From a virus: a DNA stretch of 64,000 nt. The notes beneath the pieces are model-generated. The model was given only the letters and a program-made list of their open reading frames with translations, was not told the origin of the DNA and did no database searches. The stretch is from IMG/VR virus record IMGVR_UViG_3300021964_000022, positions 46,013-110,012 of that record; one strand, 5' to 3'. Numbering within the stretch: position 1 is the first letter of the stretch; the number at the start of each line of letters is the position of its first letter. The translations under genes were made by a program, and so were the position numbers. Positions 10,801-19,162 of the stretch are shown here, piece after piece.

Positions 10801-11607
10801 GTTACCTGTTTGCGGAGTTACTGTATTACCTTGAATAATTTCTAAACCAATTGTTTTAAGATGTGCTATTGCCGCAAGCATTGCTGTTTGGTATTCTTCT
10901 CTACCAACTTCACTGTATGTTACCATACCTTTTGCCGCGTCCCAACTTGCCGCAGTTCCGCCATATATAATATCGTAAGTAGCGGCCATTGTTAAAATTT
11001 TAATATCGTTTTCAAATAAATCTTGATCGTAACCTAGTGTAGGATAGTTAACATTTACATATGCACTGACATCGTTTACAATAAAGTTTAAGTTAGCGTT
11101 AAGCTGATTTTTTGCTGATACATTGTCAACGTTTGCACTAGTTGGATCTGTCCATGTAACTGTATCTGCACTTAGATAACCGTTTTGTGCAACGTCAATT
11201 ACTTCATTCCATGCCGCGTTTAATCTTGCTACGGCTGTTGCATCTGCTTTTACACCACTTAGGTCAGCAAATCTTGCTTTAGCATTAACAAGAGTATTGA
11301 CAACAGTATTACTAATGTCGATAGAATATTGCTCCATAGTACCTTGGAATATTGCATTATAATTTGTTCCGAACGCCATATCATATTGTGTAGCGTCTGT
11401 AATGTATCCTAAGTCTCTAATACACTTTGCTCGATTAAATAAGAAGTCTGTGTTTCCGTTATCAACTTGTGCTTGTATCCAAGCCGCTACCTCTTTCTTT
11501 AAAAAGTTGTAGTTTTGATTAATTAAACTCCAAGCATTTGGATAAGCATTGTCGTCTATCCCTAGTCCAGGTCTAAACACATAATTTTCTATCTTTTTCT
11601 TTGCCAT
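4840..11607 (-). CDS. Very large virion structural / tail fibre-like protein (2255 aa)
   Basis: Thr/Gly/Ser-rich beta-repeat composition, internal GG.TP.ND.T.TV repeats, tail-gene context. Confidence 0.65.
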   Translation of the reverse strand: MAKKKIENYVFRPGLGIDDNAYPNAWSLINQNYNFLKKEVAAWIQAQVDNGNTDFLFNRAKCIRDLGYITDATQYDMAFGTNYNAIFQGTMEQYSIDISNTVVNTLVNAKARFADLSGVKADATAVARLNAAWNEVIDVAQNGYLSADTVTWTDPTSANVDNVSAKNQLNANLNFIVNDVSAYVNVNYPTLGYDQDLFENDIKILTMAATYDIIYGGTAASWDAAKGMVTYSEVGREEYQTAMLAAIAHLKTIGLEIIQGNTVTPQTGNNVAQDEDGGSDIVTIGNINWNTLIQYTANEITTAGSIDSITRTTPSIGWVSASLTTAYNAIDSNQTTIISEVTPEAAYSYNQEKCERDTGFNLTAWLHDLRYNGNEETYRIASTYWEGSVAQVDGDRLPEIRAKEFTRNLINNNILTNTAQATPYQSEIAQTIDVSKTAEGNGATRISTLSGIVIDVITNGLSSLPTLENKGLGHIRFEGNYDLSDILLITNSTRNEIIYNFSDPAKGATLALKTDDIPRDSSGYTLKYDFTSANRDADDDFKKYLQMTDGVVTLNLKYNTSAHETTDDVQIYVETPEIRTRPYDFGTDAIERMRIAPPLSMLDADFEYGLQPTKWSAIGTQRGYPSIYEIPGTDTEVQSVVTDASAGTDGIGASLITVTTQGSHGFTPGTPITIKALEDSVVGASRAEGSFVITTVPTNNTFTFFAKAKVGTTNGDVLSTTYTQLRKGDFYTGAAVGNPAVTVVSNGTAGTMTLSLAAQTGENRLAFTGDVPEIGAPIVYADIPEGAQVTGVSSTPNGNALVPITTAPISIGDTTFDVSSTTGIVVGLAANNGTGDGIFVTDVTGNTVTMSGEFTAALTQSQQTYTAVSGTTTAAAGINAEFTVSKAGAVYSVDSIDQAGSGYVTGDQILVSGANTGGTTPANDATITVSTVDGSGGITAVTISGTALDGAITYNNPTTTYTNAGGSTLPQIDITYADGAYATVTLNSPNGSAGYAVNDRIRVLGSSILPGTGVDGNQSAGGNDLVFKVTSVDGSGNITGTAIDTGDWSIGTPPPEDRSYNFNSSELSYTGGSGSGFEFGVTASSGIYSVNISAAGTGYTTADTITCSGADLGGTAPTNNLVLRINDVGASGEVIGFRIEGADVSSQATAADSGGFFGKSGSDLAGSGATFDIENDGAAYTVTIATAGTDYHLGQTFVIEGSQLGGSTPANDITITVTTAGNLGEVEAISSVGTPSTLASVFTGVSGTNVANNGSGASLDITRTGSAYASVAVNVTGGTNYRVGNTITILGTDLGGASPANDAVVTVTGVSTGAISTGSVTGTSIAGDSLSLVNSVTMSEFTTAPITAAEEIPFEALATLEATFTNAHGVVPGATFIVTVSSDDGEGGGTNNHSLASGAFIATQVPTVNTIRYPARAPGAITTTGNDSILANIYLRPDSFFIHRPYDGGVQLGTGGPQHGAQAIRQSKKYIRYQSGKGIMYTTGALFAPSYDIASVTSNGTEVGSTITVTCDDNDHGMQVGGKVRLIGVETEGYNGNYTVTQVVNERTFKVLGVRRLGSIEATLGFAAQVAVTGWHGATVRSGIFDDQNGIYWEYDGSNITVAQRTSTKQIAGTIAIAPDANLITGTGTKFRDQLKAGDRIVIRGMTHVVSHVNSQTQCTVTPDYRGVNAVLAAKVCLVTDKKVKQDEFNLDRLDGTGPSGYKIDIAYMQMIGIQYSWYGAGFIDWMLRGADGNFVFAHRMRNSNVNTEAFMRSGNLPVRYEVTNEGPPGKLSENMSDNTAYVPLDDARFFPTSGTVYIDNELIAFSSVDYAQNRLTGLTRAVSMFNFQAGAQRQYTAGPATTHDKKTGVVLVSNTITPLISHWGSAFITDGNFDDDRGYIFSYTETGLAISTTRQTAFLLRLAPSVSNAIVGDLGDRELLNRAQLLMQSMEITSDGEDGSGNSILGGIVVEGILNPQNYPLNPADVGWQGLSGLAQGGQPSFAQVASGGSVVWSSGDTSTTATATIIPRTQVNAQMNTFQSNRRRNYAYFYPSFLDKNLVVGSEVDDSKFANGTTITQITNQGSYVFVRFSTTSTSNLVDNQNITFAFGGDSDNRNFALFTEASWTASGAKSGTELNDPPTDQGDIAFPASTYVSGVEGPLLFGDPDVPGEFVNYYRVSFNNAATGTVSPGDAFNFVFRQPPYAQPGETVFSFIATPGERSDLDLGQLKELTNTTLGGRGTFPNGPDVLAVNVYKTSGAAVNANIIIKWGEAQA

Positions 11608-11613
11608 TCTTTT

Positions 11614-12174
11614 TTATACTCCAAGTGCTATTGATAAAGCTATAGCTTGACTGTCTACGTAACTTTTAGTAGTTACGTGATTGTTTATTGTAGGTGCTAC
11701 TGAAACTGAAGGAACGTTAGTAAATGTAATTCCTCCATTAAAAGTTGCTCCGTCTGCATTTAATACTGCCGCTGTACTGTCGCCTGCTGGAACAATATCA
11801 AGTTCATAAAACTTTGCTTGTCCAGGCGTAGTCTGACCAATATCCATATTATCTATAGATCCAGTATTTGTACTTGCTACAGTAACTATACCGTTAGCAA
11901 CACTTAAATTTGATACACTACTTTGTGTAACATTAAAGGATGTGTTTACAGATAAGTCTGCAATATTTTCAAAAGGATTAACAGCTTCGCCGCCACCGCC
12001 GCCATCATCATCGCCGCCATCGTCAACGGCTCCAACAAAAGGAACACCGTTTAGCAAAATTTGTTTGACGTTTAGTATTTCACTAGTAAGTCTTCCGTTA
12101 ATGTCAACAGTAAACTTAGGACTTTCAAATCCTTGTTCTGACTTAAACTTTTTTGTATTTACTACTGCCGCCAT
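11614..12174 (-). CDS. Putative tail structural protein
   Basis: HVTTKSYVD fibre motif, C-terminal AIALSIALG helix. Confidence 0.55.
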   Translation of the reverse strand: MAAVVNTKKFKSEQGFESPKFTVDINGRLTSEILNVKQILLNGVPFVGAVDDGGDDDGGGGGEAVNPFENIADLSVNTSFNVTQSSVSNLSVANGIVTVASTNTGSIDNMDIGQTTPGQAKFYELDIVPAGDSTAAVLNADGATFNGGITFTNVPSVSVAPTINNHVTTKSYVDSQAIALSIALGV

Positions 12175-12183
12175 TATCTATCC

Positions 12184-13680
12184 TTAAATACTTGCTATGT
12201 CTTTGATCACAATATTTCCACGCATTGCTGAGTGTACTGTACACTGATAAGCATATGTTCCGGTTGTACTTGCTGGAATTTTCCAGTAAAGTGTGCCGTC
12301 TGTTTTTCCTTGTGCTGAACTTCCTGTAGTTATATTGCCACTACCGTCAACATGTACAAGTCCAGTATTGTATGCAATACCACCACTTGTTTCAATTTGG
12401 AATGGATGATTACCTAAAGAAGAATCATTCAAATCAAATGCAATAGTAGTTCCGCTTATTGCGTAAACACTAGGATCTTGATTTGCTCCGTATTGATCAA
12501 ACAAGTAACCTGATGAGCCAGCCGCTGTAACTGTTAATCTAGTTATTGCAGGAAATGCTACTTGGTCAATTTTAATTTCGTTGTTATCTATTAAATTATC
12601 TGATCCGTCAAAATGTGCTAGTGCGCCTGTTGCAGGAGTTGTAATATTAGTATCACTTAGGCCAGCTAATGTTGGTGCCGCACCTGAATACGCAATTTCA
12701 ATTGTGTCTCCAGTAACAGTGGTTGTAATATTTGAGCCACCTTGTATTGTTAGTGTGTCAGTTGTTGTATCAGCTTCTGCAATACCGCTGTCACCTTGTA
12801 CAAAACTAAATGCATTCTGGTTAGCTTCTCCGGAAAGTGCATCACCTGCATAGTTAATAGTAAGAGTATCTCCTACAACAGTTGTACTAATATTTGTACC
12901 GCCTGCTATAGTAAGTGAGTCTGTTGCACTATTTGCAGTTGTAGTTCCATTGTCGCCGTTAAATGTTTCGAATAAATTTTGTGTGCCGCCAGATGCTACT
13001 GTTGTAAAACTAAAGTTGCCTGCGCCATCTGTTTGTAATACTTGATTAGCTGTACCGTCAACAATTGATAAATCAGTTAACACTGCTGGAATAGTAGGCT
13101 TGTTTGAAAAGTTGTTCCAGTTTAAATAATATGAACCGTCTTGACCATCAAGTGTATCAGCGTCTGTTCCGCCTCCGCCAGTTGTTACGTCAGTACCTGG
13201 TGCCCATTTTGCTCCATCCCATTTAAGAACTGCTCCAGTGAATGGCGTTACTGAAGTTGTGTCTACGTCTGTTAAAGAGTCAATGCCACCATTATAAGCT
13301 ACTGATGCTAATGGATCTGTATAGTTTGGAATTGCGCCGCCGCTTGTATCTAAAAGCAATTTTCTCCATTGATTACTATGTGCAACAACAACATTACCTG
13401 TTTGGTGTACATGTAGTATTGCTCCATGATAATCTGCTGGATTAATTGCATTCAGTGCCGCTGTTGATTCACAAAGTAAACTTATTTTGTTAACTTTATT
13501 TGATACAGGAGGAACATCAAGTTCTAGAGTTGAATTGACCAAATCTTTTAAACTAGTTCCGTCACCTAGCGAATCGTATATTTCGTTTGTGTTTGCGTTT
13601 ATTTTGGTAGCACCTGCTCTGATGTTATCTCCGGTTCCATCATTAGCGGCTGTACCTATATTAATTATGCTTTTTGCCAT
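12184..13680 (-). CDS. Baseplate/fibre protein with gp9/gp10-type N-terminus and C-terminal cupredoxin-like domain
   Basis: INIGTAANDGTGDNIRAG..KIN.N..EIY (T4 gp9/gp10 N-terminal motif); DADTLDGQDGSYYL; C-terminal HPF...YQCTVHSAM. Confidence 0.7.
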   Translation of the reverse strand: MAKSIINIGTAANDGTGDNIRAGATKINANTNEIYDSLGDGTSLKDLVNSTLELDVPPVSNKVNKISLLCESTAALNAINPADYHGAILHVHQTGNVVVAHSNQWRKLLLDTSGGAIPNYTDPLASVAYNGGIDSLTDVDTTSVTPFTGAVLKWDGAKWAPGTDVTTGGGGTDADTLDGQDGSYYLNWNNFSNKPTIPAVLTDLSIVDGTANQVLQTDGAGNFSFTTVASGGTQNLFETFNGDNGTTTANSATDSLTIAGGTNISTTVVGDTLTINYAGDALSGEANQNAFSFVQGDSGIAEADTTTDTLTIQGGSNITTTVTGDTIEIAYSGAAPTLAGLSDTNITTPATGALAHFDGSDNLIDNNEIKIDQVAFPAITRLTVTAAGSSGYLFDQYGANQDPSVYAISGTTIAFDLNDSSLGNHPFQIETSGGIAYNTGLVHVDGSGNITTGSSAQGKTDGTLYWKIPASTTGTYAYQCTVHSAMRGNIVIKDIASI

Positions 13681-13683
13681 TTC

Positions 13684-14193
13684 TTATGTCCTATCAAATG
13701 TTACTGTTGAATTATCAAATGTTCCACCAGTCTCATCAAATGTATTTATGCTTCCTGAGTCAGTACTCACATCAGCAACGGCACTTGGTGATACCAGTTG
13801 ATGTATAGTCTCTGCGTATGTAGCATGAAAGATTAACTTTGCCCCTGCGTAAATATTGCTTGCTGGATTAACAATAACTTTACATATAGTTTGATCTACT
13901 GTTACACTGATGTTAATTAAATCGTTTGTTAGTGAAGAACGTCCATAAACATTGTAACTTGCTAAGTCTGGTCTTGCAACAACTGAAAGTTGAAGTATTT
14001 CTTTATTATTACTATCAAACTCTACTGTTATTTGGTATATTGCACTACTTATTTGACCAACATGGAATTGATCCATGATAGTATTAGTGTGTACACCCAA
14101 CCAGTTACCTCTATAAGAGAAGTTACTTCTCGAAGGAAGGCTTATGGATTCATTAACACCCTTTTTAAATAGATTTGTTACGGTCTTGTTCAT
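13684..14193 (-). CDS. Hypothetical virion-associated protein
   Basis: ORF with AAGGAG RBS and upstream TAAATA; C-terminal TFD repeats. Confidence 0.55.
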   Translation of the reverse strand: MNKTVTNLFKKGVNESISLPSRSNFSYRGNWLGVHTNTIMDQFHVGQISSAIYQITVEFDSNNKEILQLSVVARPDLASYNVYGRSSLTNDLINISVTVDQTICKVIVNPASNIYAGAKLIFHATYAETIHQLVSPSAVADVSTDSGSINTFDETGGTFDNSTVTFDRT

Positions 14194-14212
14194 ATGGAGC
14201 TCCTTACTGTAT

Positions 14213-14785
14213 TTATCCAGTAAGCGCCGTTAAGCTCTCTGCGAATTCATAAAGGTTTTCGTACACTTCAGTTTGTTTTTTAAGATCTTTGTTTGCAAAA
14301 GTGTTAAGTTTCTCTAGGGTTTCAAGGCCGTAACCTGTTTTAACAAGTACTGGCTTTGCTTTCGCCTTTACAGCCGCCTTTAAGTCCGATATTTTATCTC
14401 CTACGTATAATCCGTTCTTCCAATTTACACCAATCTGTGTTTCAGCACGACGAAACATTCCTATATTAGGTTTAGCATATATGTCATCTTTTAAATTAGT
14501 TGTACTATAATACAATCCGTTAATACTGCTACAACCTACTTGTCCAAATAATCTTAGCATGTGTTCGTGAACTATATCAACATCCTCTGCCGTCATGTTT
14601 CCCTTAGTGATACCTGCTTGATTAGTCAATATTACTACATCGTAACCCTTATCCCTAATCATTTTAACTGCTTCTAAGCTACCTGGAATAGGTTCAAATT
14701 GTTCTGGTTTTGTTACATACGTTCCGATATCTTTATTAATTGTTCCGTCTCTATCTAATCCAATTACTGGTGGTGTTTTAGTCAT
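14213..14785 (-). CDS. gmhB: D,D-heptose-1,7-bisphosphate phosphatase (HAD IIIA)
   Basis: GLDRDGTIN, TNQAGI, AKPNIGM, VGDKISDLKAA, LVKTGYG. Confidence 0.85.
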   Translation of the reverse strand: MTKTPPVIGLDRDGTINKDIGTYVTKPEQFEPIPGSLEAVKMIRDKGYDVVILTNQAGITKGNMTAEDVDIVHEHMLRLFGQVGCSSINGLYYSTTNLKDDIYAKPNIGMFRRAETQIGVNWKNGLYVGDKISDLKAAVKAKAKPVLVKTGYGLETLEKLNTFANKDLKKQTEVYENLYEFAESLTALTG

Positions 14786-15653
14786 CTGACCATCCTATCT
14801 TATCTGTGTTTAATTCTATCCATCCAAGTTTACTTAAAACTGGTAGGTAGTTCTCTGTTATTTTAGTTTGATAATGTTCTGCTAATTCTATTGCCTTTTC
14901 ATTTAATTCAGTTTCACCTAGCAGAGGTAAAATATATTCTTCTAAGTATTTTAAATACTCAAACGGTAAAGGATGCATCTCGGCTCGAGCTTCTTCTAAA
15001 GTATCTCCCATATTTGCTAACGTCATTGGGCGACTGTCAACATATTTTTCCGGATCTTTAGGATTATATCCGTTCCAATCCATAATTGCAGGAGCATCAG
15101 AAGTTAAATAATTTTTATATTGATTAAGAACTCCGTTTACACTGCTCGGAGTAAGTGGCTCAGTGTAGTCGAGTTTACTATTTTTATCAGTTAAATTATT
15201 ATAATGATCTGCATAAGCAAATTTTATATATTTACAACCTTTTTGTTTTAAAAATATTTCTATACTTGCAATCATAGCACAGTCTCTCATTACACAATGT
15301 ACTTGATCTGCCCATTGGTACTGATCTCTATAATCAAAATTATTTAATGTCATTGGTTCGTGTTTTAATTGGCCGTGATATAAATTTCCTGCATTATGCC
15401 AGCCCGTTCCTTCGATCCACCTATCATCTCGTAGCATACTTGTCCATTGTACTATAATGATATCGTCTTTTGTAAAATTATAAATCGAATCTGCTTCAAA
15501 TATTCTAGTAAAAATATATTGATTACCGGCACCTGACTTCCCCCAGTTCTCTGATTTTTCAAGTTTATCTCCAAAATGCCAAATTAATAAGTCGGCCCAT
15601 GTAGGATAAAAAAATTGTGTTAAACTACACCCGAAGGTAAAAAGTCTAGCCAT
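14778..15653 (-). CDS. SGNH-hydrolase-like hypothetical protein
   Basis: FTFGCSLT...WAD...NWGKSGAGN...IIVQWT...R...MHP pattern resembles SGNH blocks. Confidence 0.45.
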   Translation of the reverse strand: MARLFTFGCSLTQFFYPTWADLLIWHFGDKLEKSENWGKSGAGNQYIFTRIFEADSIYNFTKDDIIIVQWTSMLRDDRWIEGTGWHNAGNLYHGQLKHEPMTLNNFDYRDQYQWADQVHCVMRDCAMIASIEIFLKQKGCKYIKFAYADHYNNLTDKNSKLDYTEPLTPSSVNGVLNQYKNYLTSDAPAIMDWNGYNPKDPEKYVDSRPMTLANMGDTLEEARAEMHPLPFEYLKYLEEYILPLLGETELNEKAIELAEHYQTKITENYLPVLSKLGWIELNTDKIGWSDD

Positions 15654-17118
15654 TTAAAAGCCTTACTAAACGTATAATTTCTTTGTGAGGTATTGTTCTA
15701 TAGTTGCTTCGACTGTATTCTGAATCATTTACTACCCGTTGTGCAAGTTCTTTTTGGCTTTGTGGTAACATTTCATATTGTTCTTTAATTTTTTCAATAT
15801 TAAATAGTCCTAACCCGTGCATTACTAAAATATAATGCATCTTATCAAACAATTTGTAGTCACTTGTACTATCAAAGTCTCCGGTAGTTGGTAATCTATT
15901 TTTCCATTGCGTTAAATTTTCTTCTAGGTTAGGAGGAAGAGGAACATTTTTTTGGTCTTTCCAAAAATCACTGTCGTCTCTATCTGTAATATAATGTAAA
16001 GCAATAAAATCTCTAATGTCATTGAGTATGCTTGTAACTTCTTTATTGTACTTGTTAACAGTAACTTCGTTATAGTTTAAAATTCTGTCAGTAAGTAAAA
16101 AACTTTGTTGAATGCTTGTTCCGATACTAGTTGCCTCGAGAGGTTCTACAAAACTTGCACTTAATCCAATGGCAACACAATTTTTAATCCAAGGATTTTT
16201 AACTGCACCAGGATCAAAACTAATTTCTTTGCGGACATCAATACCTTCCCCAAGCATTTGCTCAACTTCACGTTGTGCTTCATCGGCATTTATATAGTTA
16301 CTGTCAAAAATATAACCGTTGCCTTTCCTTCCCCAGACAGGTATCCTAAACATCCAACCATATTTCATTGCTTGTGCCAATGTCCACATAGGGTAAGTGT
16401 CTTCGTCTGGTGTTTGGAATACTATAGCCCGGTTCATTTTTAAATACTTGCTATAACTTTCCCACTCTGCACCTAACGTGTTTAATAACATACGTTTGAA
16501 CCCAGTACAGTCAATAAAAAAGTCTGCTTCGTATGTATTTTCTTTACTGCTTATACTTTTTATACCATTTTCATCAGTAACTACATCTTCTATTATATCA
16601 TCTACAATCTTTATACCTATACTCTGTGCTTTTTCATGTAGGTATTCATTTAGCTTTGCGGTATTAAAATGGAATTGAGCAACAGGAAACTCTGCAAGTA
16701 TTTCTTCAACGTCATTTGTCCAAAAAATATTACCAGTCCAACTTTCATCTTCAACTAGATCCTTAGGAGCTCGACCATCGCCGATTAATTTACCATAAAG
16801 TACAGGGTAATCATGTGCTAGTATATTATAGGCTCCTTCAACTGTTTGTAAATAGTCGTTCTTTGACCAGTCCTTAAACATTATGCCTGCTTTGAATGTT
16901 GCATCACTCTTTGTAAGCATCTCTGCTTTATTGAATCCCATATACTCCATAAATTCTTTCCAATGTTCAGTAGATCCTTCACCTACACCTATTGTTCCTA
17001 TTTTACTAGATTCAACAATTTGGATTGATATACTCGGATAGGCCTTTTTTAAAATAAGTGCGGCAACAAATCCAGCTGTCCCGCCTCCTACTACACATAT
17101 ATTTTTTGGTAATTTCAA
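15646..17118 (-). CDS. Flavin-dependent (tryptophan-type, PrnA/VirX1-like) halogenase
   Basis: VGGGTAG, IGVGEGS, ATFKAGI (catalytic Lys), FIDCTGF, GWMFRIP, FVEPLEATSI; start revised to the TTG at 17118, which follows GGAGA (the track start at 17244 overlaps the divergent gene). Confidence 0.85.
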   Translation of the reverse strand: MKLPKNICVVGGGTAGFVAALILKKAYPSISIQIVESSKIGTIGVGEGSTEHWKEFMEYMGFNKAEMLTKSDATFKAGIMFKDWSKNDYLQTVEGAYNILAHDYPVLYGKLIGDGRAPKDLVEDESWTGNIFWTNDVEEILAEFPVAQFHFNTAKLNEYLHEKAQSIGIKIVDDIIEDVVTDENGIKSISSKENTYEADFFIDCTGFKRMLLNTLGAEWESYSKYLKMNRAIVFQTPDEDTYPMWTLAQAMKYGWMFRIPVWGRKGNGYIFDSNYINADEAQREVEQMLGEGIDVRKEISFDPGAVKNPWIKNCVAIGLSASFVEPLEATSIGTSIQQSFLLTDRILNYNEVTVNKYNKEVTSILNDIRDFIALHYITDRDDSDFWKDQKNVPLPPNLEENLTQWKNRLPTTGDFDSTSDYKLFDKMHYILVMHGLGLFNIEKIKEQYEMLPQSQKELAQRVVNDSEYSRSNYRTIPHKEIIRLVRLLNG

Positions 17119-17191
17119 GTTATTCTCCGTTGTGTAATATTTATTGGCCTCAGACCTAATAATTGTAGAGTCTGAATCTCGTAAATACATT

Positions 17192-17806
17192 ATGCACAAT
17201 TTAACCATAGACAGTAGTCCAATAATAGAATGTAATGTTGACAAAATACAAGTACAGGATCATAGTGACATTAAAGATCAACTAATGCACATTGTACACG
17301 ACTTGTATAAGAGCAATGTCAACTATAACACAGCAAATCATAGCAGTGTTTGGTCAAGTCCTAACGGATTACAAAGTATACACAGTTTTAATCGTATTGC
17401 AAGCGGTCCTGAAATACAAACATATGCTAATCTTATGGTTGATCGATATAAAATTAAAAGTAATAGACAGATTGCTATTACAGACATGTGGATTACTATA
17501 ATTCCGCCGGGAGGGATGACTGTTCCTAAGAATAGAATTAAAAGTTTAGTAACAGGTATCTATTTTCTTAATGCTCCGGCAGAGAATGCCAGTATAAATT
17601 TTAGAAAACCAATTGATACACACTGGTACGACAAAGTTTATGATCCTTTTAACCGTACTCACTATAATTGTCCTGAAGAATTATTACAAATGCAAGAAGG
17701 ATATATGTACTTCTACCCTAGTTACATAGAATCTCATCAAACTACTAATGTGAGTGAGCACGAAAGGGTGTGTATTGAATTTATTTTAGATTCTGTAGAC
17801 AAATGA
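17192..17806 (+). CDS. 2OG-Fe(II) oxygenase-fold protein, iron ligands apparently lost
   Basis: W.TI.PPGG....., TG.Y.L, FYPSY.....N...R pattern of phage 2OG oxygenases; start revised to ATG 17192. Confidence 0.6.
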   Translation: MHNLTIDSSPIIECNVDKIQVQDHSDIKDQLMHIVHDLYKSNVNYNTANHSSVWSSPNGLQSIHSFNRIASGPEIQTYANLMVDRYKIKSNRQIAITDMWITIIPPGGMTVPKNRIKSLVTGIYFLNAPAENASINFRKPIDTHWYDKVYDPFNRTHYNCPEELLQMQEGYMYFYPSYIESHQTTNVSEHERVCIEFILDSVDK

Positions 17807-18237
17807 AACATATAGATAAATTATTTGACGATAATAATCAACATAAGTTTAGTTTTTTGCTATTAGCAAAGGATTTAGTTGATCACGACACTATAATTTA
17901 CTTAGAACATAAATTGAAAGACAAAATAAACGTAGTAAGTATCAAAAGTAGTAAATACAGTCACGATGAGCTACAGTATGCTATTAGTAGGAGTGATTTT
18001 ATAGTTACAGGACTAGGAAAAACTTTAGATATTGCAATTAATGAAGATAAAAAAATATTAGTTGATGTGAATTCAAATAAAGTTTCAAAATCTTATCCTA
18101 ATACTGTAGATTTTTTTGATCCTTACAGAAATGAAGAAACAAAACCGTTTTATAAAGATAAAGAATTAAAGTTGTTGCTTAAAGAAGTATATAACCAACT
18201 AGATAGGTACGAAATAGATTATGTCAACTTTATGTAG
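17803..18237 (+). CDS. Hypothetical protein
   Basis: ORF coupled to the previous gene (ATGA-type overlap) and overlapping the next. Confidence 0.55.
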   Translation: MKHIDKLFDDNNQHKFSFLLLAKDLVDHDTIIYLEHKLKDKINVVSIKSSKYSHDELQYAISRSDFIVTGLGKTLDIAINEDKKILVDVNSNKVSKSYPNTVDFFDPYRNEETKPFYKDKELKLLLKEVYNQLDRYEIDYVNFM

Positions 18238-19162
18238 TGCATTTTGGAAACATACAAACATAAGACCAGGTGGCCGAGTATATCCGTGTTGTCGGTTTAA
18301 ACATCCTATTGGAAAAACTAACGGAGATATCGAAAACGTATTACACAGTCCTGAATACCAAGAACTTCGTGATTTAAGTGCTTCGGGCGAATATATAAGT
18401 GGATGCGAAAAGTGCTATTATGAAGAAAGTATTCAACATAGAAGTTTACGTCAAGAATTTAATGAAAAATACAACACTGATTCAGTCGGATTAGAATATT
18501 TAGAAATAGGTATTGATAATCTTTGCAATCTAACTTGCGACGGATGTAATAGTGAGTTTAGTACTAGTTGGAGAGCTAAAGAAATACGTGAAAATGGTAA
18601 AGCAAAATATGATTATATGACTATTGACACTATTACTAGTATTCCTAGTACTGTAAATAAAATTTTATTCCTAGGTGGCGAGCCATTAAGTACAACACGA
18701 CATTTAGAATTACTAAAATTAGTAAAGGATCCGAAAAAAGTTGATGTTGTATACAATACTAACGCAATGTATATGCCTAATAGTGAATTGGAAGTAATTT
18801 GGAAGTTATTTAAATCAGTTATGTTTATTGTAAGTATTGACGGAGTAGGTAAGGTTGCTGAAAAAGTAAGATCAGGAACAGTATGGACTAAAGTAAGACG
18901 ATTTATAGATTATGTAGTTAATAAAAACTATAAATTAGAATTTAATACTGTTATGCACTTAAATAACTATCAGGATATTGAAAATATTACAGAGTATGTA
19001 CGTAAATTTAATGCTGACTGGTATATCAATGTACTTACATATCCAGAATTGTTGGATATTAAGAATTTACCAATTGCTGAGAAAGAAATTATTAAGAAAA
19101 AAGCAGTAGATTTGGATTTACCAACTAAAGACTTTATTGTTAATCATTTGAATACCAACTAA
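18221..19162 (+). CDS. Radical SAM enzyme with N-terminal twitch/SPASM-like Cys cluster
   Basis: CNLTCDGC (CX3CX2C), GGEPL, YNTN, SIDG; N-terminal C...YPCC...CEKC. Confidence 0.85.
   Translation: MSTLCSAFWKHTNIRPGGRVYPCCRFKHPIGKTNGDIENVLHSPEYQELRDLSASGEYISGCEKCYYEESIQHRSLRQEFNEKYNTDSVGLEYLEIGIDNLCNLTCDGCNSEFSTSWRAKEIRENGKAKYDYMTIDTITSIPSTVNKILFLGGEPLSTTRHLELLKLVKDPKKVDVVYNTNAMYMPNSELEVIWKLFKSVMFIVSIDGVGKVAEKVRSGTVWTKVRRFIDYVVNKNYKLEFNTVMHLNNYQDIENITEYVRKFNADWYINVLTYPELLDIKNLPIAEKEIIKKKAVDLDLPTKDFIVNHLNTN

Noticed and set aside
17119-17244. Long N-terminal extensions and head-to-head overlap of the halogenase and oxygenase ORFs in the track
   Set aside because: Better starts exist (TTG 17118 with SD; ATG 17192), leaving a divergent promoter region
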